The notes: generated by a model from the letters alone, not told the origin. 64,000 bases of DNA from an uncultured Pseudomonadota bacterium (GCA_903920205.1 CAIXLI010000063.1:7913-71912); one strand, 5' to 3'. Numbered from the stretch's first letter, positions 28,400-39,686 are shown. Made by a program: numbers and translations.

Positions 28400-29941
28400 G
28401 TGAAGACTTATTATGTCACGACCCCCATTTATTACGTCAACGATGTGCCGCATATAGGCCATGCTTATACCTCACTATCCTGTGATGTTCTGGCTCGGTT
28501 TAAACGGTTGGACGGTTATGACGTCATGTTTCTATCCGGCACCGACGAACACGGGCAAAAAGTCGCCAAATCGGCGGCAAGCGCTGGGGTCGATCCTCAA
28601 ACCTTTACTGATGGGGTTTCAGAAAATTTCCGTGGTTTGCTGGACACGCTGAATATCTCCAATGACGATTTCATCCGCACGACCGAAGAACGGCACATCA
28701 AGTCGTGTCAGGCGTTGTGGAACGACTTACTGAAGCGCGGCGAGCTTTATCTGGGCAAATATGCCGGATGGTACGCCGTCCGCGACGAAGCCTATTACGG
28801 CGAGGACGAATTAACGGAAGGGACGGGCGGCAAGAAAATCGCTCCCTCCGGCGCGGAATGCGAATGGGTGGAAGAGCCAAGCTATTTCTTCAAGCTTTCC
28901 GCTTGGGGCGACCGGTTGTTGAAATTCTATGACGAAAACCCCGATTTTATTTTGCCGCATACGCGCCGCAACGAAGTGATAAGCTTCGTCAAATCCGGCA
29001 TGCGCGATTTGTCTGTGTCTCGCACGGCGATTACTTGGGGCGTGCCTGTGCCCAATGAGCCGAAGCATGTCATGTATGTCTGGCTCGACGCTTTGACTAA
29101 CTACATTACGGCGCTGGGCTATCCCGACACGCAGGCCGAGAAATATAAAAAACATTGGCCTGCCAATGTGCATATGGTGGGCAAGGATATCCTTCGTTTC
29201 CATGCGGTTTACTGGCCCGCCTTTCTGATGGCGGCGGGGCTGGAATCGCCCAAGCGCGTCTTTGCGCATGGCTGGTGGACGAATGAAGGGCAGAAGATTT
29301 CCAAATCGCTCGGCAATGTTATTGATCCTTATGAGTTGTTGCAGACTTACGGCCTTGATCAGACTCGCTATTTCCTGATGCGCGAAGTGCCGTTTGGCAA
29401 TGACGGCGACTTTTCGCGCAGCGCGATGATCCGCCGCATCAACAGCGACCTCGCCAACGGCATCGGTAATCTGGCGCAGCGTAGCCTGTCGCAGATTGCA
29501 AAAAATTGCGGCGGTGTCGTACCTAAGCGTGGCGCGTTTACTGAAGCCGATCAGAATTTGCTAGGCTCGGCGCAGGGGCTTCTGGCTTCCGTGCGGCAAG
29601 AAATGGACGTGCAAGCTTTTCATAAGGCGCTTGACCGCCTTTGGGCCGTCATTGCTCAAGCCGACCGCTATGTCGACGAACAAGCGCCCTGGGCTTTGAA
29701 GAAAACGGACATAGCGCGGATGGAAACGGTTTTGTATGTACTGGCGGAAACGCTGCGTTACTTGGGCGTTTTGCTGCTGCCGTTCATGCCGGATTCCGCT
29801 AATGCCTTGCTCGATCAACTCGCCGTTCCCGCCGCCGAACGCAATTTTGCGTATTTGACGGAAAAGTATGCGTTGAAGAGCGGAACTCCTTTGTCCGCGC
29901 CGCAAGGGATATTCCCCCGCTATGTAGAGCCCGTCGCGTGA
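28400..29941 (+). CDS. metG: methionine--tRNA ligase (short form)
   Basis: HIGH motif PHIGHAYT and KMSKS motif KISKSLGN. GTG start at 28400. 513 aa. Confidence 0.95.
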   Translation: MKTYYVTTPIYYVNDVPHIGHAYTSLSCDVLARFKRLDGYDVMFLSGTDEHGQKVAKSAASAGVDPQTFTDGVSENFRGLLDTLNISNDDFIRTTEERHIKSCQALWNDLLKRGELYLGKYAGWYAVRDEAYYGEDELTEGTGGKKIAPSGAECEWVEEPSYFFKLSAWGDRLLKFYDENPDFILPHTRRNEVISFVKSGMRDLSVSRTAITWGVPVPNEPKHVMYVWLDALTNYITALGYPDTQAEKYKKHWPANVHMVGKDILRFHAVYWPAFLMAAGLESPKRVFAHGWWTNEGQKISKSLGNVIDPYELLQTYGLDQTRYFLMREVPFGNDGDFSRSAMIRRINSDLANGIGNLAQRSLSQIAKNCGGVVPKRGAFTEADQNLLGSAQGLLASVRQEMDVQAFHKALDRLWAVIAQADRYVDEQAPWALKKTDIARMETVLYVLAETLRYLGVLLLPFMPDSANALLDQLAVPAAERNFAYLTEKYALKSGTPLSAPQGIFPRYVEPVA

Positions 29942-30783
29942 GCGAGGAGTACGCCGCGCGGTTGCGCCAGAGCTTAGGCGGTAGTTTTATCGTTCTTGCG
30001 ACCGTGGATTCGACGATGCGCGTGATGAGTGAGCTGATCGACCAAAACTATAGGGACGGAATAACCGTTCTCGCCTTGGAACAAACGGCGGGACGCGGCA
30101 GCGGCGACAGAAAATGGGCATCGGCTGTCGGCAACGCCATGTTCAGCCGTTGCATCGCCGTTCTTCCCGACGAATATGGGCAGGAAATGGAAATGATTGC
30201 CGCCTGCGCCGTGGCCGAGATCATGCGCGATCTTTTGCCTGACCGCGACGTTACGCTTAAATACCCCAATGATGTGTTGGTGGACGGTAAGAAAATATGC
30301 GGATGTCTCGTTCCTCCGTCTTATGATGTTGACGCGGGCGTTGCGCGGAGAATTAATCTTGGCGTTGGCGTGAATTTGAAAGTCGCGCCGGAATTGTCGA
30401 ACGGCATGCGTGCGACAAGCCTTTCCGCGTTAGGCAAAGATACTGATATCCCTGATTTCATGAGGAAGTTTGAGGATAAATTTGCCAACATTTTGGGGCA
30501 GTATCGGCAAGATGCTTCGTTCGACACGGTTCTGCGACGCATGGGGTTTCTTGATGTCGAGGGCATGCTGACGTTGCGCTCCCCTCAAGCTGACCAAGAC
30601 GTGCGCGGGACGTATGTGGGATTCACGGTTAAGGAAAGGGACGGCAAGCCCGCCGCATTCCTCGTGCTTCGCAGTCAGGGCGTAGAGATCCCCCATCCGG
30701 TGCATGCCTTCACGATGTTCAGCCAGCCGCAACGCAGAGATTTTTCGTTCGAACAGCAAACAAAACACTATGCCTACGGTTAA
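29938..30783 (+). CDS. birA: biotin--[acetyl-CoA-carboxylase] ligase (group I BirA, no DNA-binding domain)
   Basis: LEQTAGRGSGDRKW is the GRGRRGR-type biotin-AMP motif, and KYPNDVLVDGKKICGCLV is also present. Overlaps the metG stop by 4 bp. Confidence 0.7.
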   Translation: MSEEYAARLRQSLGGSFIVLATVDSTMRVMSELIDQNYRDGITVLALEQTAGRGSGDRKWASAVGNAMFSRCIAVLPDEYGQEMEMIAACAVAEIMRDLLPDRDVTLKYPNDVLVDGKKICGCLVPPSYDVDAGVARRINLGVGVNLKVAPELSNGMRATSLSALGKDTDIPDFMRKFEDKFANILGQYRQDASFDTVLRRMGFLDVEGMLTLRSPQADQDVRGTYVGFTVKERDGKPAAFLVLRSQGVEIPHPVHAFTMFSQPQRRDFSFEQQTKHYAYG

Positions 30784-31213
30784 ACTGCGCGGACACCACT
30801 TTCTCTGTATCCTTTGCTATCGCGGCGAGGGGTATACGGCGGGGTTTGTCAAAAATTTTGATGGCATGGTCGAACGCATCAACAAAGGTGCGACAATTGA
30901 AATCGTCTTAGGCATCGACGATGTTTGCGCCGCTCTACACCAAAGCGGCGCAATGGCTTGTGAGCACGCAGAGGTTTGCCGTCAGGAAAGCGTGAACCGC
31001 CGCGACAAGAGCGCTCTTCAAGACATCGCCAATGTTCTTCAAAAATCGATGGAAAGTGGCGACACGCTCGCGCTCATGAAAAACGACATTAATCACTTGC
31101 GCCAGCTTTTTGCACAGGGGGCAATCCGCCAAGCATGTGCGGATTGCCCGTGGTTCGAGTTTTGCTCGCAAATCGCCGCCGAAGATTTCTCCGGCGTCAG
31201 ACTGTTCCCGTAA
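30770..31213 (+). CDS. DUF1284-family protein with a Cys-rich N-terminus
   Basis: MPTVKLRGHHFLCILCYRGEGY start. 147 aa. ATG at 30770 lies inside the tracked ORF. Confidence 0.5.
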   Translation: MPTVKLRGHHFLCILCYRGEGYTAGFVKNFDGMVERINKGATIEIVLGIDDVCAALHQSGAMACEHAEVCRQESVNRRDKSALQDIANVLQKSMESGDTLALMKNDINHLRQLFAQGAIRQACADCPWFEFCSQIAAEDFSGVRLFP

Positions 31214-31216
31214 AGC

Positions 31217-31783
31217 TCAGCCCTTCACATCCGCCGCGACGCGCATATGCAGGATCTTGGTGGGGTCGGAAACGGTGCCGTTATTGGCTTGCGAACCGGC
31301 CTTGATCTTGTCGACGAATTCCATGCCGGAGGTTACCTGTCCCCAAACGGTGTACTGACCGTCTAAGAAGGAGGCGGGCGCGAAGCAGATAAAGAACTGG
31401 CTGTCGCCGCTATCGGGGTTCGATGCGCGCGCCATGGATACTGTGCCGCGCAGATGGGGTTCGCGTGAAAATTCGGCTTTCAGCTTTTGACCTGAACCGC
31501 CTGTGCCGTCGCCGCGCGGATCGCCCGTTTGCGCCATAAAGTCGGGGATAACGCGGTGGAACGACAGGCCGTCATAAAAACTCTTGCGCGCCAATTCCTT
31601 GATCCGCGCCACATGATGGGGTGCCAGATCGGGACGCAGTTGAATAACGACGCGCCCTGCGGGAAGGTCGAGATAAATCGTGTTTTCAAGATCAAGAGCG
31701 GGCGCGGCGGAAGCGGACATGGAAAAAACTCCGGGCAAGAGGGCTAAAAGGACGGCAAACAGGCGGATAAAACGAGTCATCAT
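31217..31783 (-). CDS. ppiA: periplasmic peptidyl-prolyl cis-trans isomerase (cyclophilin type)
   Basis: Signal peptide MMTRFIRLFAVLLALLPGVFSMSASA, followed by the cyclophilin core FHRVIPDFMAQTGDP...GTVSMARA. Confidence 0.85.
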   Translation of the reverse strand: MMTRFIRLFAVLLALLPGVFSMSASAAPALDLENTIYLDLPAGRVVIQLRPDLAPHHVARIKELARKSFYDGLSFHRVIPDFMAQTGDPRGDGTGGSGQKLKAEFSREPHLRGTVSMARASNPDSGDSQFFICFAPASFLDGQYTVWGQVTSGMEFVDKIKAGSQANNGTVSDPTKILHMRVAADVKG

Positions 31784-31850
31784 GGGGACACCAGTAAAAA
31801 GTTGGGTCGAAGACGAATTCGAGATATATACAAAAATAGGGGGAGAAACA

Positions 31851-32387
31851 ATGAACAAAAACCGCGCCTTGCTTTTGGACAGGGACGGCGTCGTCAATGC
31901 CGATTACGGCTATGTCGGCGCGGCGTGGAAATTCGACTTTCTGCCTGGCTTGTTCCCCTTTCTTCGCGCCGCGCAGGATAAAGGCTATCGCCTTGCCGTT
32001 CTGACCAACCAATCGGGCGTCGCACGCGGGCTTTATACTGAAAAAGACTACCAAAGCGTCACCGCGCATATGCTCTCCGTCCTCCGGCGCGAAGCGATCA
32101 CGTTCGACCTGACTTTGGCGTGTTTTGAGCATCCCGAAGGCACAATCCCCGCCTATGCCTTTGAAAGCTTCTGGTGGAAGCCCAATCCAGGCATGGTGTT
32201 AGAAGCCATCCGCCGCCTCGACCTCGACCCTGCGCAATCGGCCTTTCTGGGGGACAATCTGCGCGATATGCAGGCGGCGCAAGGCGGCAAGATAAGCCGT
32301 TGCTTGTGGCTGACACAGAAAGAAGTCGCGGCTCCGGCGGGGGTCGATTGTGTCAAAACTTATGACGAGGCGCTGCGTTTCCTTTAA
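31851..32387 (+). CDS. gmhB: D,D-heptose 1,7-bisphosphate phosphatase (HAD superfamily)
   Basis: LLLDRDGVVN HAD motif I. About 178 aa. RBS GGGGGAGAAACA before ATG at 31851. Divergent from ppiA. Confidence 0.75.
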   Translation: MNKNRALLLDRDGVVNADYGYVGAAWKFDFLPGLFPFLRAAQDKGYRLAVLTNQSGVARGLYTEKDYQSVTAHMLSVLRREAITFDLTLACFEHPEGTIPAYAFESFWWKPNPGMVLEAIRRLDLDPAQSAFLGDNLRDMQAAQGGKISRCLWLTQKEVAAPAGVDCVKTYDEALRFL

Positions 32388-34903
32388 GGCGATGTCTGCC
32401 GGAACTCAGCGGGGAAGGTAATGCCGCCAGCCGAATCCGTGTGAAGGCCTCCCAGATTTTTCAGATAAAAATGGAAGGCGACGGACGTGCCGGAACTGAT
32501 ATCGGCCCGAACAGTGTTGTTGCGCGACACATTGACGCCGAAAGCAAAGCATTCATCGACATAAGTCAGGGCGACGCCAGAACTGCGCGACCCTGGTTGC
32601 GGATCGAAAGCCTGCACATGCGATCCCGAAAACGTCCAGTATTTGGCAAAATTCGACGACAAGCCAAAGGTTATCTGCCTAACCTGATCGACCAAATTGG
32701 TCGCCGCGTTGGCTGTATAGGCTTGAATATAGCGTATCGAAGGGCGGAAAACGGGCGCGCCGAAAGACACCAAAGCATCCTGCCTTTGCGGCGAAAGATC
32801 TTTTTCTGCCAAACGGAACCCATAATTGGCATCAAACCAGGGGGCGGGGGAAAAGTCGATGCGTCCTACATAATCAGAGGCTTGTGTGTTAAGCCCCGAC
32901 ATCGCAGGGAAGGCGTTATTGTGACTGAAGTCATAGCTTTGACCGCCGAAAACATCGATACGTGCGCCAGAATTCATCGTGATCGCGTTGCGCAGACCAT
33001 AGGTGGTGCGGCTTCCCCCTTCGATCAAATCGCTGCCAGTAAAGCGGTTGGGCGAAAACAGGTTGGTTTCATCGAATTCGACATCCAAACTGTCTTCGAT
33101 CGGCTGCTTGGCGCTCGTACGCACCGTGGGCGCGGCTGTCAGGGCGACAATCGGCTCCATCAGATGCTGATACCCGTCGCCGCTGCGCCCCATCGGATAG
33201 CGCATGACGGCGTTGGCTTGACCAAACGGGCGCGTGAACAGGGTTTGATTATAGGCGGTGGTGTTATCTGGCGCGACCACGTTATTGGCCCAATAACTGT
33301 CGGTCCGTGCTAAGCCTGAAATCGTCGTTTCCAGCCCCGTACTGGAAATCAGCTGCCTTTGCCATCCGGCGTTCAGCGATAAACGGCGCGTATCGGGGCC
33401 TTGCTGCGCGAGGGGTTGTCCCGCATTGTTGCGCGTGGTCACAAGCGTATTGCCGTCAAAGGACCATCGCCCCCCCCATGTCTTTCCGGGATCGCCTAGC
33501 GCGCTAAAAGCCACCGAAGGCAACACGGTCGGCTCCGAAACGTCGGTGCCTGCGCGCAAATCCTGAAAATAGTAAGAATTGACGACGGCGTAATTGCGAC
33601 CTTGAAAACCCTCAGCATAAGCGCGACTGGTCGTCTGATCGAGCGATGAGATATTATAGCGGCTCAAATAGCTTTTATCTGATGCATATTGCACGTCGCT
33701 TCCCGCGCGCCATGTGTTGTCGAGATCATACCGGAATTTGCCGAACAAATGACCGCGCCATTGCTTCCCCTTGTCTGCGCCAGTATCGTCTATCAGCGTA
33801 GCTTCCGTCATCGAGCCGTTCAGCAACAAAGACCCTCGATCAAAACGCTCGCGGTATTGGGTGTCGAGCTGGAGTTTATCGACAGAGCTAAAAGTCGGCG
33901 TCAGCGTCATGTCTTTATCCGGCGCGATGTCGACGTAATAGGGCGTCTTGATAAACGCGCCGAGATTGGGTGTTTCTCCCGGCATGGGCGACAAGAATCC
34001 CTGCCGACGCTTAACGGTTGGGTCGGGGGCCGACATATAGGGCGTATAGGCGATCGGTACCCCCGCGAAATCGACGGTTGCGTCGTGGTAATAAATCTCG
34101 TGCTCGACGTTATCATGCGTGATTGTGCCCGCTCTCATTTGCCATAAAGGCTCTTGCTCGGGATGTTCGCGGCACACATTACAGGCGGTGTACATGGCTT
34201 GATCCGCCACGGTATAGCGCTCGTCATAACGTTGAGAAACCCTAGCCGCCATGCGCGAATTGTCAGGAAACAGGACGCCAATATTCTGGGCAAAGGCTTG
34301 CTTCATGTCGCCCGTTATTTCCTGATGATCGGCGAATTCCACTTCGCCTGTCGGCGTTAAAAGCGCGACATGCCCGTCGGCGGCCATCACCCCTGTTTTC
34401 TGGTTATAGGAAACCTTGTCGGCATGCAGCACATAGTCGCCATGCACCAGCTCGACTTTGCCAGACGCGGTGACGATGCCGGTCGCACTGTCCGAATGCA
34501 TTTGCTTGGCGGTAATCAGCGTTTCTCCGGCATGTTCCGTCTTCGTGTCGGCGACTGCGGGGCGGGGCTTAGCAACAGGAGCAGGGTTAATTTCCGCGCG
34601 AGGAACGGGCCCGACATAGCCCAACGGCATTGGCAAAACAACCGAAGTCTGTGGCGCGGGGCCGACATAACCCCGCGACGGCACCGTCGCCGTCGTAGCG
34701 CGAGGCACCGGCCCGACATACCCTAATGGCATAATGGGAGACTGTATCTCGGCGCGACACGGCAAAGCCCATGGCAATGTCAGAAGACATACCGCGCTCC
34801 ACGCGAATCGTTTGGAGAAAAACCCGAAGCTCATACCCCAAGAATTGCCAGAGGGAACGGCTGGGAGCAAGAATTTAGTCGTTCTGGCGCCAAGAAGAAG
34901 CAA
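32384..34903 (-). CDS. lptD: LPS-assembly protein LptD (OstA/Imp)
   Basis: About 820 aa with an OstA N-terminal domain and a large beta-barrel. Probable start MSFGFFSKRF at 34834. Carries an N-terminal triple repeat PLGYVGPVPRA. Confidence 0.85.
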   Translation of the reverse strand: MLLLGARTTKFLLPAVPSGNSWGMSFGFFSKRFAWSAVCLLTLPWALPCRAEIQSPIMPLGYVGPVPRATTATVPSRGYVGPAPQTSVVLPMPLGYVGPVPRAEINPAPVAKPRPAVADTKTEHAGETLITAKQMHSDSATGIVTASGKVELVHGDYVLHADKVSYNQKTGVMAADGHVALLTPTGEVEFADHQEITGDMKQAFAQNIGVLFPDNSRMAARVSQRYDERYTVADQAMYTACNVCREHPEQEPLWQMRAGTITHDNVEHEIYYHDATVDFAGVPIAYTPYMSAPDPTVKRRQGFLSPMPGETPNLGAFIKTPYYVDIAPDKDMTLTPTFSSVDKLQLDTQYRERFDRGSLLLNGSMTEATLIDDTGADKGKQWRGHLFGKFRYDLDNTWRAGSDVQYASDKSYLSRYNISSLDQTTSRAYAEGFQGRNYAVVNSYYFQDLRAGTDVSEPTVLPSVAFSALGDPGKTWGGRWSFDGNTLVTTRNNAGQPLAQQGPDTRRLSLNAGWQRQLISSTGLETTISGLARTDSYWANNVVAPDNTTAYNQTLFTRPFGQANAVMRYPMGRSGDGYQHLMEPIVALTAAPTVRTSAKQPIEDSLDVEFDETNLFSPNRFTGSDLIEGGSRTTYGLRNAITMNSGARIDVFGGQSYDFSHNNAFPAMSGLNTQASDYVGRIDFSPAPWFDANYGFRLAEKDLSPQRQDALVSFGAPVFRPSIRYIQAYTANAATNLVDQVRQITFGLSSNFAKYWTFSGSHVQAFDPQPGSRSSGVALTYVDECFAFGVNVSRNNTVRADISSGTSVAFHFYLKNLGGLHTDSAGGITFPAEFRQTSP

Positions 34904-34995
34904 GAATCCGCTAATCTTCGGTATTCAGGGGATATTAAAGCATGAGCGGGCTCACTTCTCGCCCTTGCTCAAGACCTGACACAAAAAACCCTGCT

Positions 34996-36399
34996 TTATT
35001 CCTTGGCCTTCACGATAGCCGGAGGGCGGCGCAGAAAGGCGGGCAAAGCCGTATCGTCGAAAGCGTCGCCGCTTGTTGCTTGCCTAGGGCGCGGTTGGGC
35101 GCGGGGTGCTGCTTCTTGCGGTGCAGCGCGCGGCGCAGAAATCGGGGGTGACGGTTCGCGGCTGCGCGGTGGTGGGCTTGAATTTCGGTCGCGCCCATGA
35201 CGGCGGTCGCGGGATTTATCGTTGCTGCGGTGCCGGTGGTGATGGCGTTCTTCTTCGCGCGGTTCGCCCAGACCCTCGATGCTTTCGCGGTCGAGGGTTT
35301 TCTTAATCAAATGCTCGATGGCAGCGACCTGTTTGGAATCGTCGGGGGTCACCAACGTATAGGCGGTACCGCTTAATCCTGCGCGTGCCGTGCGACCGAT
35401 GCGATGCACATAATCTTCCGCATTGAACGGTACATCAAAATTAAACACATGACTGACGGCGTCGATGTCCAGCCCGCGCGCGGCGACATCGCTGCACACC
35501 AAAAGCGCGATTTCATTGCGGCGGAATTTGTCCAAGGTCGCCGTGCGCTCGGATTGCTCCATATCGCCATGCAACGCGCCTGCGTTAAAGCCGTGCTTGA
35601 CCAGAGATTTATGCAACGAAGCAACGTCGCGCTTGCGGTTGCAGAAAATAAACGCGTTTTTTACAGCGTCCCGCTTCAGCAAATGGCGCAAAGTTTCGCG
35701 CTTTAGCCAATCATTGTTCTGCCCCATAACCGCCAGCTTCTGCGTCACATTGGTCGCGGTGCTGGAAGGCGGGGAAACGGTCACGGTTTTCGGATTGCTC
35801 AGGAATCGGTCGGCCAACTTGCGGATTTCCGGCGGCATTGTTGCCGAGAAAAACAAAGTTTGCTTCAAAGGCGGCAACATTCCTGCGATGCGTTCGACAT
35901 CGGGAATAAAGCCCATATCAAGCATGCGGTCGGCTTCGTCGATCACGAAAATCTTGATATCCGCCAGCATGATTTTGCCGCGATCAAACAAATCCATCAT
36001 GCGCCCGGGCGTGGCGATCAAAACATCGACGCCGCTGTCCAAGGCGCGGATCTGGTCGCCCATCATCTCGCCGCCGACCAAAAGAGCCATCGAAAGCTTG
36101 TGATATTTTCCGTAGTTTTCAAAATTTTCCGCAACCTGCGCCGCAAGTTCCCGCGTTGGTTCCAGAATAAGCGAACGAGGCATCCGCGCTCTTGCGCGGC
36201 CGGAACCCAAAACTTCCAGCATCGGCAGCACGAAACCCGCTGTCTTGCCGGTGCCTGTTTGTGCGCAACCTAAAAGATCGCGTCCTTGCAAGACGTAAGG
36301 GATGGCTTGTTCTTGGATAGGGGTTGGGGTCGTATATCCGACATCCTGAATAGCCTTGAGGATGTCTTCGCTCAGCCCTAAATCGGCAAATGTGGTCAC
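34996..36399 (-). CDS. rhlE: DEAD-box ATP-dependent RNA helicase (RhlE-like) with an Arg-rich C-terminal tail
   Basis: Q-motif, Walker A AQTGTGKTA, DEAD box VIDEADRMLDMGF, SAT, and HRIGRTARAG. Confidence 0.9.
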   Translation of the reverse strand: MTTFADLGLSEDILKAIQDVGYTTPTPIQEQAIPYVLQGRDLLGCAQTGTGKTAGFVLPMLEVLGSGRARARMPRSLILEPTRELAAQVAENFENYGKYHKLSMALLVGGEMMGDQIRALDSGVDVLIATPGRMMDLFDRGKIMLADIKIFVIDEADRMLDMGFIPDVERIAGMLPPLKQTLFFSATMPPEIRKLADRFLSNPKTVTVSPPSSTATNVTQKLAVMGQNNDWLKRETLRHLLKRDAVKNAFIFCNRKRDVASLHKSLVKHGFNAGALHGDMEQSERTATLDKFRRNEIALLVCSDVAARGLDIDAVSHVFNFDVPFNAEDYVHRIGRTARAGLSGTAYTLVTPDDSKQVAAIEHLIKKTLDRESIEGLGEPREEERHHHRHRSNDKSRDRRHGRDRNSSPPPRSREPSPPISAPRAAPQEAAPRAQPRPRQATSGDAFDDTALPAFLRRPPAIVKAKE

Positions 36400-36579
36400 A
36401 GTTATCTTATCTCATCTGTTTATTGTTGCAGCGCAGTCTAGCAGAGAAGCGCCGCCAAGTGCAATCAAAGCCGTGTTTTCTGCGAATTCTCCGCTACGGC
36501 TTCGTATCTTCCGCCTTCCGCGAGAAAACGTCTCGCGGAAGGATCGGATTAACATGCTGGAATATAAGGAACTTCCTCG

Positions 36580-38394
36580 TTACGCTTCAACTTGCTTCGC
36601 CATGCGCTTGCGCATGTTGGGGTCGAGATAGCGTTTGCGCAGACGGATTGATTTGGGCGTTACTTCGACCAATTCGTCGTCGGCAATATAGGCGATGGCC
36701 TTTTCCAAGGTCAGGATAATCGGCGGAGTCAAGCGAACGGCTTCGTCTTTGGATGTCGTGCGCATGTTGGTCAATTGCTTGCCCTGCATAACGTTGACGT
36801 CCAGATCGTTGCTCTTGGAATGTTCGCCGACGATCATGCCTTCGTATACTTTCGTGCCCGGGACGATCATCATGGGGCCGCGTTCTTCCAGCTTCCACAT
36901 CGCATAGGCAACAGCCTCGCCTGTGCCCATCGAAATAATAACCCCTGTGCGTCGCGCCGAGATCGCGCCTTTGTAAGGCGCATAGCTGTGGAACAAGCGG
37001 TTCATCAAGCCCGTTCCGCGTGTGTCGCTCAGGAATTCGCTGTAATAGCCGATCAAGCCGCGCGAAGGCGCCAAGAAGGTCAAACGAACCTTACCGCCGC
37101 CCGAAGGACGCATATCGGTCATCTCGGCCTTGCGTTCTGACATCTTGTTAACAACGGTGCCCGAATAAGGTTCATCGACGTCGATCACCACTTCTTCAAT
37201 GGGCTCGTGACGCTGGCCGTCAATGGTCTGGAACAACACGCGGGGGCGGCTGATCGAAAGTTCGAAGCCTTCGCGGCGCATGGTTTCAATCAAAATGCCC
37301 AATTGCAATTCGCCGCGTCCTGCTACTTCGAACGCATCCTTGTCCTGCGATTCCGTTACGCGGATGGCGACGTTGGTTTCGACTTCGCGCATCAGGCGGT
37401 CGCGGATCATGCGGCTGGTCACCTTGTCGCCTTCGGTTCCCGCCAAAGGAGAATCGTTGACCGAGAAAGTCATGCCAATGGTCGGCGGATCAATGGGGCG
37501 TGCGTGAAGCGGCGCTTCCACAATTAAATCGCACAAAGTATCGGCAACGGTCGCCTTGCTCAAACCGGCGACGGCAACGATATCTCCTGCGCTGGCTTCT
37601 TCGACCGCGACGCGTTCCAAGCCGCGGAACGCCATGATCTTGGTCACGCGGCCTTGCTCGACCAGCTTGCCATCATGCGTCAAAGCCTTGACCGGCATAT
37701 TCACCTTGATCGTGCCTGTCTGCACGCGCCCCGTCAGCATGCGCCCCAAATAGGGGTTCGCTTCCAAAAGCGTTGCCAGCATCGTAAAGGGCGCTGTCGC
37801 ATCGACTTTTGGTGGTGGCACATGGTTGGTGATAAGGTCGAACAAAGGAGTCAAATCCTTGGGTTCGTCGCCCATCTTCTCGATTGCCCAGCCATTGCGG
37901 CCTGACGCGAAAAGGGTCGGGAAATCCAATTGCTCTTCCGTCGCGTCCAAAGCCGCGAACAGATCGAAAATTTCGTCGTGAACCTGATGCGCGCGCGCGT
38001 CGGGACGATCAATCTTGTTAATCACAACCATAGGGCGCAACCCGATGGTCAAAGCCTTGCCCAAAACGAACTTGGTTTGCGGCAAAGGGCCTTCGGCGGC
38101 ATCGACCAACAAAACAACGCCGTCCACCATCGACAAAATACGTTCGACTTCGCCGCCGAAATCGGCGTGCCCTGGGGTGTCGACGATATTGATGCGCAGA
38201 TCGTCATGCATGATCGAGGTGCACTTGGCGAGAATGGTAATGCCACGTTCCCGTTCCAGATCGTTGCTGTCCATCGCCCGTTCCGCGACTTGCTGGTTTT
38301 CGCGAAAGGTACCGGATTGCTTAAGCATTTGATCGACCAGCGTTGTTTTTCCGTGATCGACGTGGGCGATGATAGCAATGTTGCGAAGCTTCAT
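36580..38394 (-). CDS. typA: translational GTPase TypA/BipA
   Basis: [22 protein letters not shown]1 motif and the DTPGHADF switch region. 604 aa. Confidence 0.93.
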   Translation of the reverse strand: MKLRNIAIIAHVDHGKTTLVDQMLKQSGTFRENQQVAERAMDSNDLERERGITILAKCTSIMHDDLRINIVDTPGHADFGGEVERILSMVDGVVLLVDAAEGPLPQTKFVLGKALTIGLRPMVVINKIDRPDARAHQVHDEIFDLFAALDATEEQLDFPTLFASGRNGWAIEKMGDEPKDLTPLFDLITNHVPPPKVDATAPFTMLATLLEANPYLGRMLTGRVQTGTIKVNMPVKALTHDGKLVEQGRVTKIMAFRGLERVAVEEASAGDIVAVAGLSKATVADTLCDLIVEAPLHARPIDPPTIGMTFSVNDSPLAGTEGDKVTSRMIRDRLMREVETNVAIRVTESQDKDAFEVAGRGELQLGILIETMRREGFELSISRPRVLFQTIDGQRHEPIEEVVIDVDEPYSGTVVNKMSERKAEMTDMRPSGGGKVRLTFLAPSRGLIGYYSEFLSDTRGTGLMNRLFHSYAPYKGAISARRTGVIISMGTGEAVAYAMWKLEERGPMMIVPGTKVYEGMIVGEHSKSNDLDVNVMQGKQLTNMRTTSKDEAVRLTPPIILTLEKAIAYIADDELVEVTPKSIRLRKRYLDPNMRKRMAKQVEA

Positions 38395-38687
38395 ATTCTC
38401 ACAAAAGTTGTCTTGAGGGTTACGGGGGGACGATCAAATCCCCTCCAAGGGACAATCGCCACGCTCATTCTGTGCGCAGGGTTACGAGTTACAGCGGCTT
38501 TCGTCAATCTTTATCGACAAATTCAGGACAATTCAGCCAAAAAGCATCGATTTTTTCTTGGGTTAGGACGCGACCTTCTTTGAGTTTTCGAGTTTTTTGC
38601 GAATCCACTATTTACTTTCAGGCCTGTATGTTAATCTTTTTAAAAAAATGGGGCTAGGCAATCTAATTTTGAAAGGAAAACAGTATA

Positions 38688-38984
38688 ATGTTCGATCCGT
38701 ATAAAACGGCTGGTCGCAATATTTTAGAGATTTTTGTCGTAGTAGGAGTGACGATTGGGGGTGTGGCCTTATGGGATTCAAAGGAGGACGATAGAGCCAG
38801 ATTTACTTTGGAAAAGGATTCGAAGACTTATGCCCACAATCCTCAAATAGCGAATGAGAATTTTAAGCTTACAGGAACGGGGCTTGTTATCGCTACGATT
38901 AATGGCAGGTCATATCTAGTAAATGCAGGTGACGGTCTTTCGGGCACGCAAAAGGTCTATATGACCCCTATGCCCAAGCCGTGA
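38688..38984 (+). CDS. small hypothetical protein (98 aa, one transmembrane helix) in an AT-rich segment
   Basis: Follows a roughly 290-bp AT-rich intergenic stretch at 38400-38687. No domain recognised. Confidence 0.35.
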   Translation: MFDPYKTAGRNILEIFVVVGVTIGGVALWDSKEDDRARFTLEKDSKTYAHNPQIANENFKLTGTGLVIATINGRSYLVNAGDGLSGTQKVYMTPMPKP

Positions 38985-39023
38985 CGTTTTTTTGGCTTTT
39001 TTGAAGACTACGGCAGAACAGGT

Positions 39024-39686
39024 TCAACGCATATAGCCATGAATCCCGCTAAAAATCGCCCATCCGGCAAGAATTGCTAAACCCACCGCCGTGACGCGGT
39101 TGACGGCGATGATGCGGCTTTCGGTGAAATGACGACGCAAAAGCCCCACCCCGCCCGACAGCATAAGCCACCACAAAGCCGAGCCGGAGAAAATACCGCC
39201 GATCAAAACATTGGCTTCCAGCTTCTTCGTCACCGCGCCGAAAGTCGCCACAACGGCCAGCGTGCCGAACAGAGTCAGGGGATTTGTCAACGTAATCACC
39301 AAGCCGCTCAACCCCGCCCTCACAATGCCCATCGGCGTGTTTTCTGGCGGCAAGTGCAAAACCTTGGTTACCAACTCGGTGGGCTCCGGCGGTTTGGGGT
39401 GATCGAACCATGTGTGCCATGCAGTGGCCAGCACGATAATGCCGCCTATAAGTCGTATCGAGGATTCATAGTGATGAATGAAATCCAAAACCGCGCTCAC
39501 GCCCAAAACGGCGATGCCGCCAAAAAGCGCGTCGGCGCAAGCCGCGCCCAAGCCCGTCGCCAGCCCGATAGCCAACCCTTTTTGCAAGGTGCGTCGAATG
39601 CACAAAAGCCCGACGGGGCCGACAGGGGCGGCAATTACCAGCCCCAGAACCAAGCCCCGATATAAAACGCCCATTTCTTCGAACAA
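39024..39686 (-). CDS. LysE/RhtB-family amino-acid exporter
   Basis: Six-helix LysE-type pattern. N-terminal MFEEMGVLYRGLVLGLVIAAPVGPVGLLCIRRTL. Confidence 0.75.
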   Translation of the reverse strand: MFEEMGVLYRGLVLGLVIAAPVGPVGLLCIRRTLQKGLAIGLATGLGAACADALFGGIAVLGVSAVLDFIHHYESSIRLIGGIIVLATAWHTWFDHPKPPEPTELVTKVLHLPPENTPMGIVRAGLSGLVITLTNPLTLFGTLAVVATFGAVTKKLEANVLIGGIFSGSALWWLMLSGGVGLLRRHFTESRIIAVNRVTAVGLAILAGWAIFSGIHGYMR

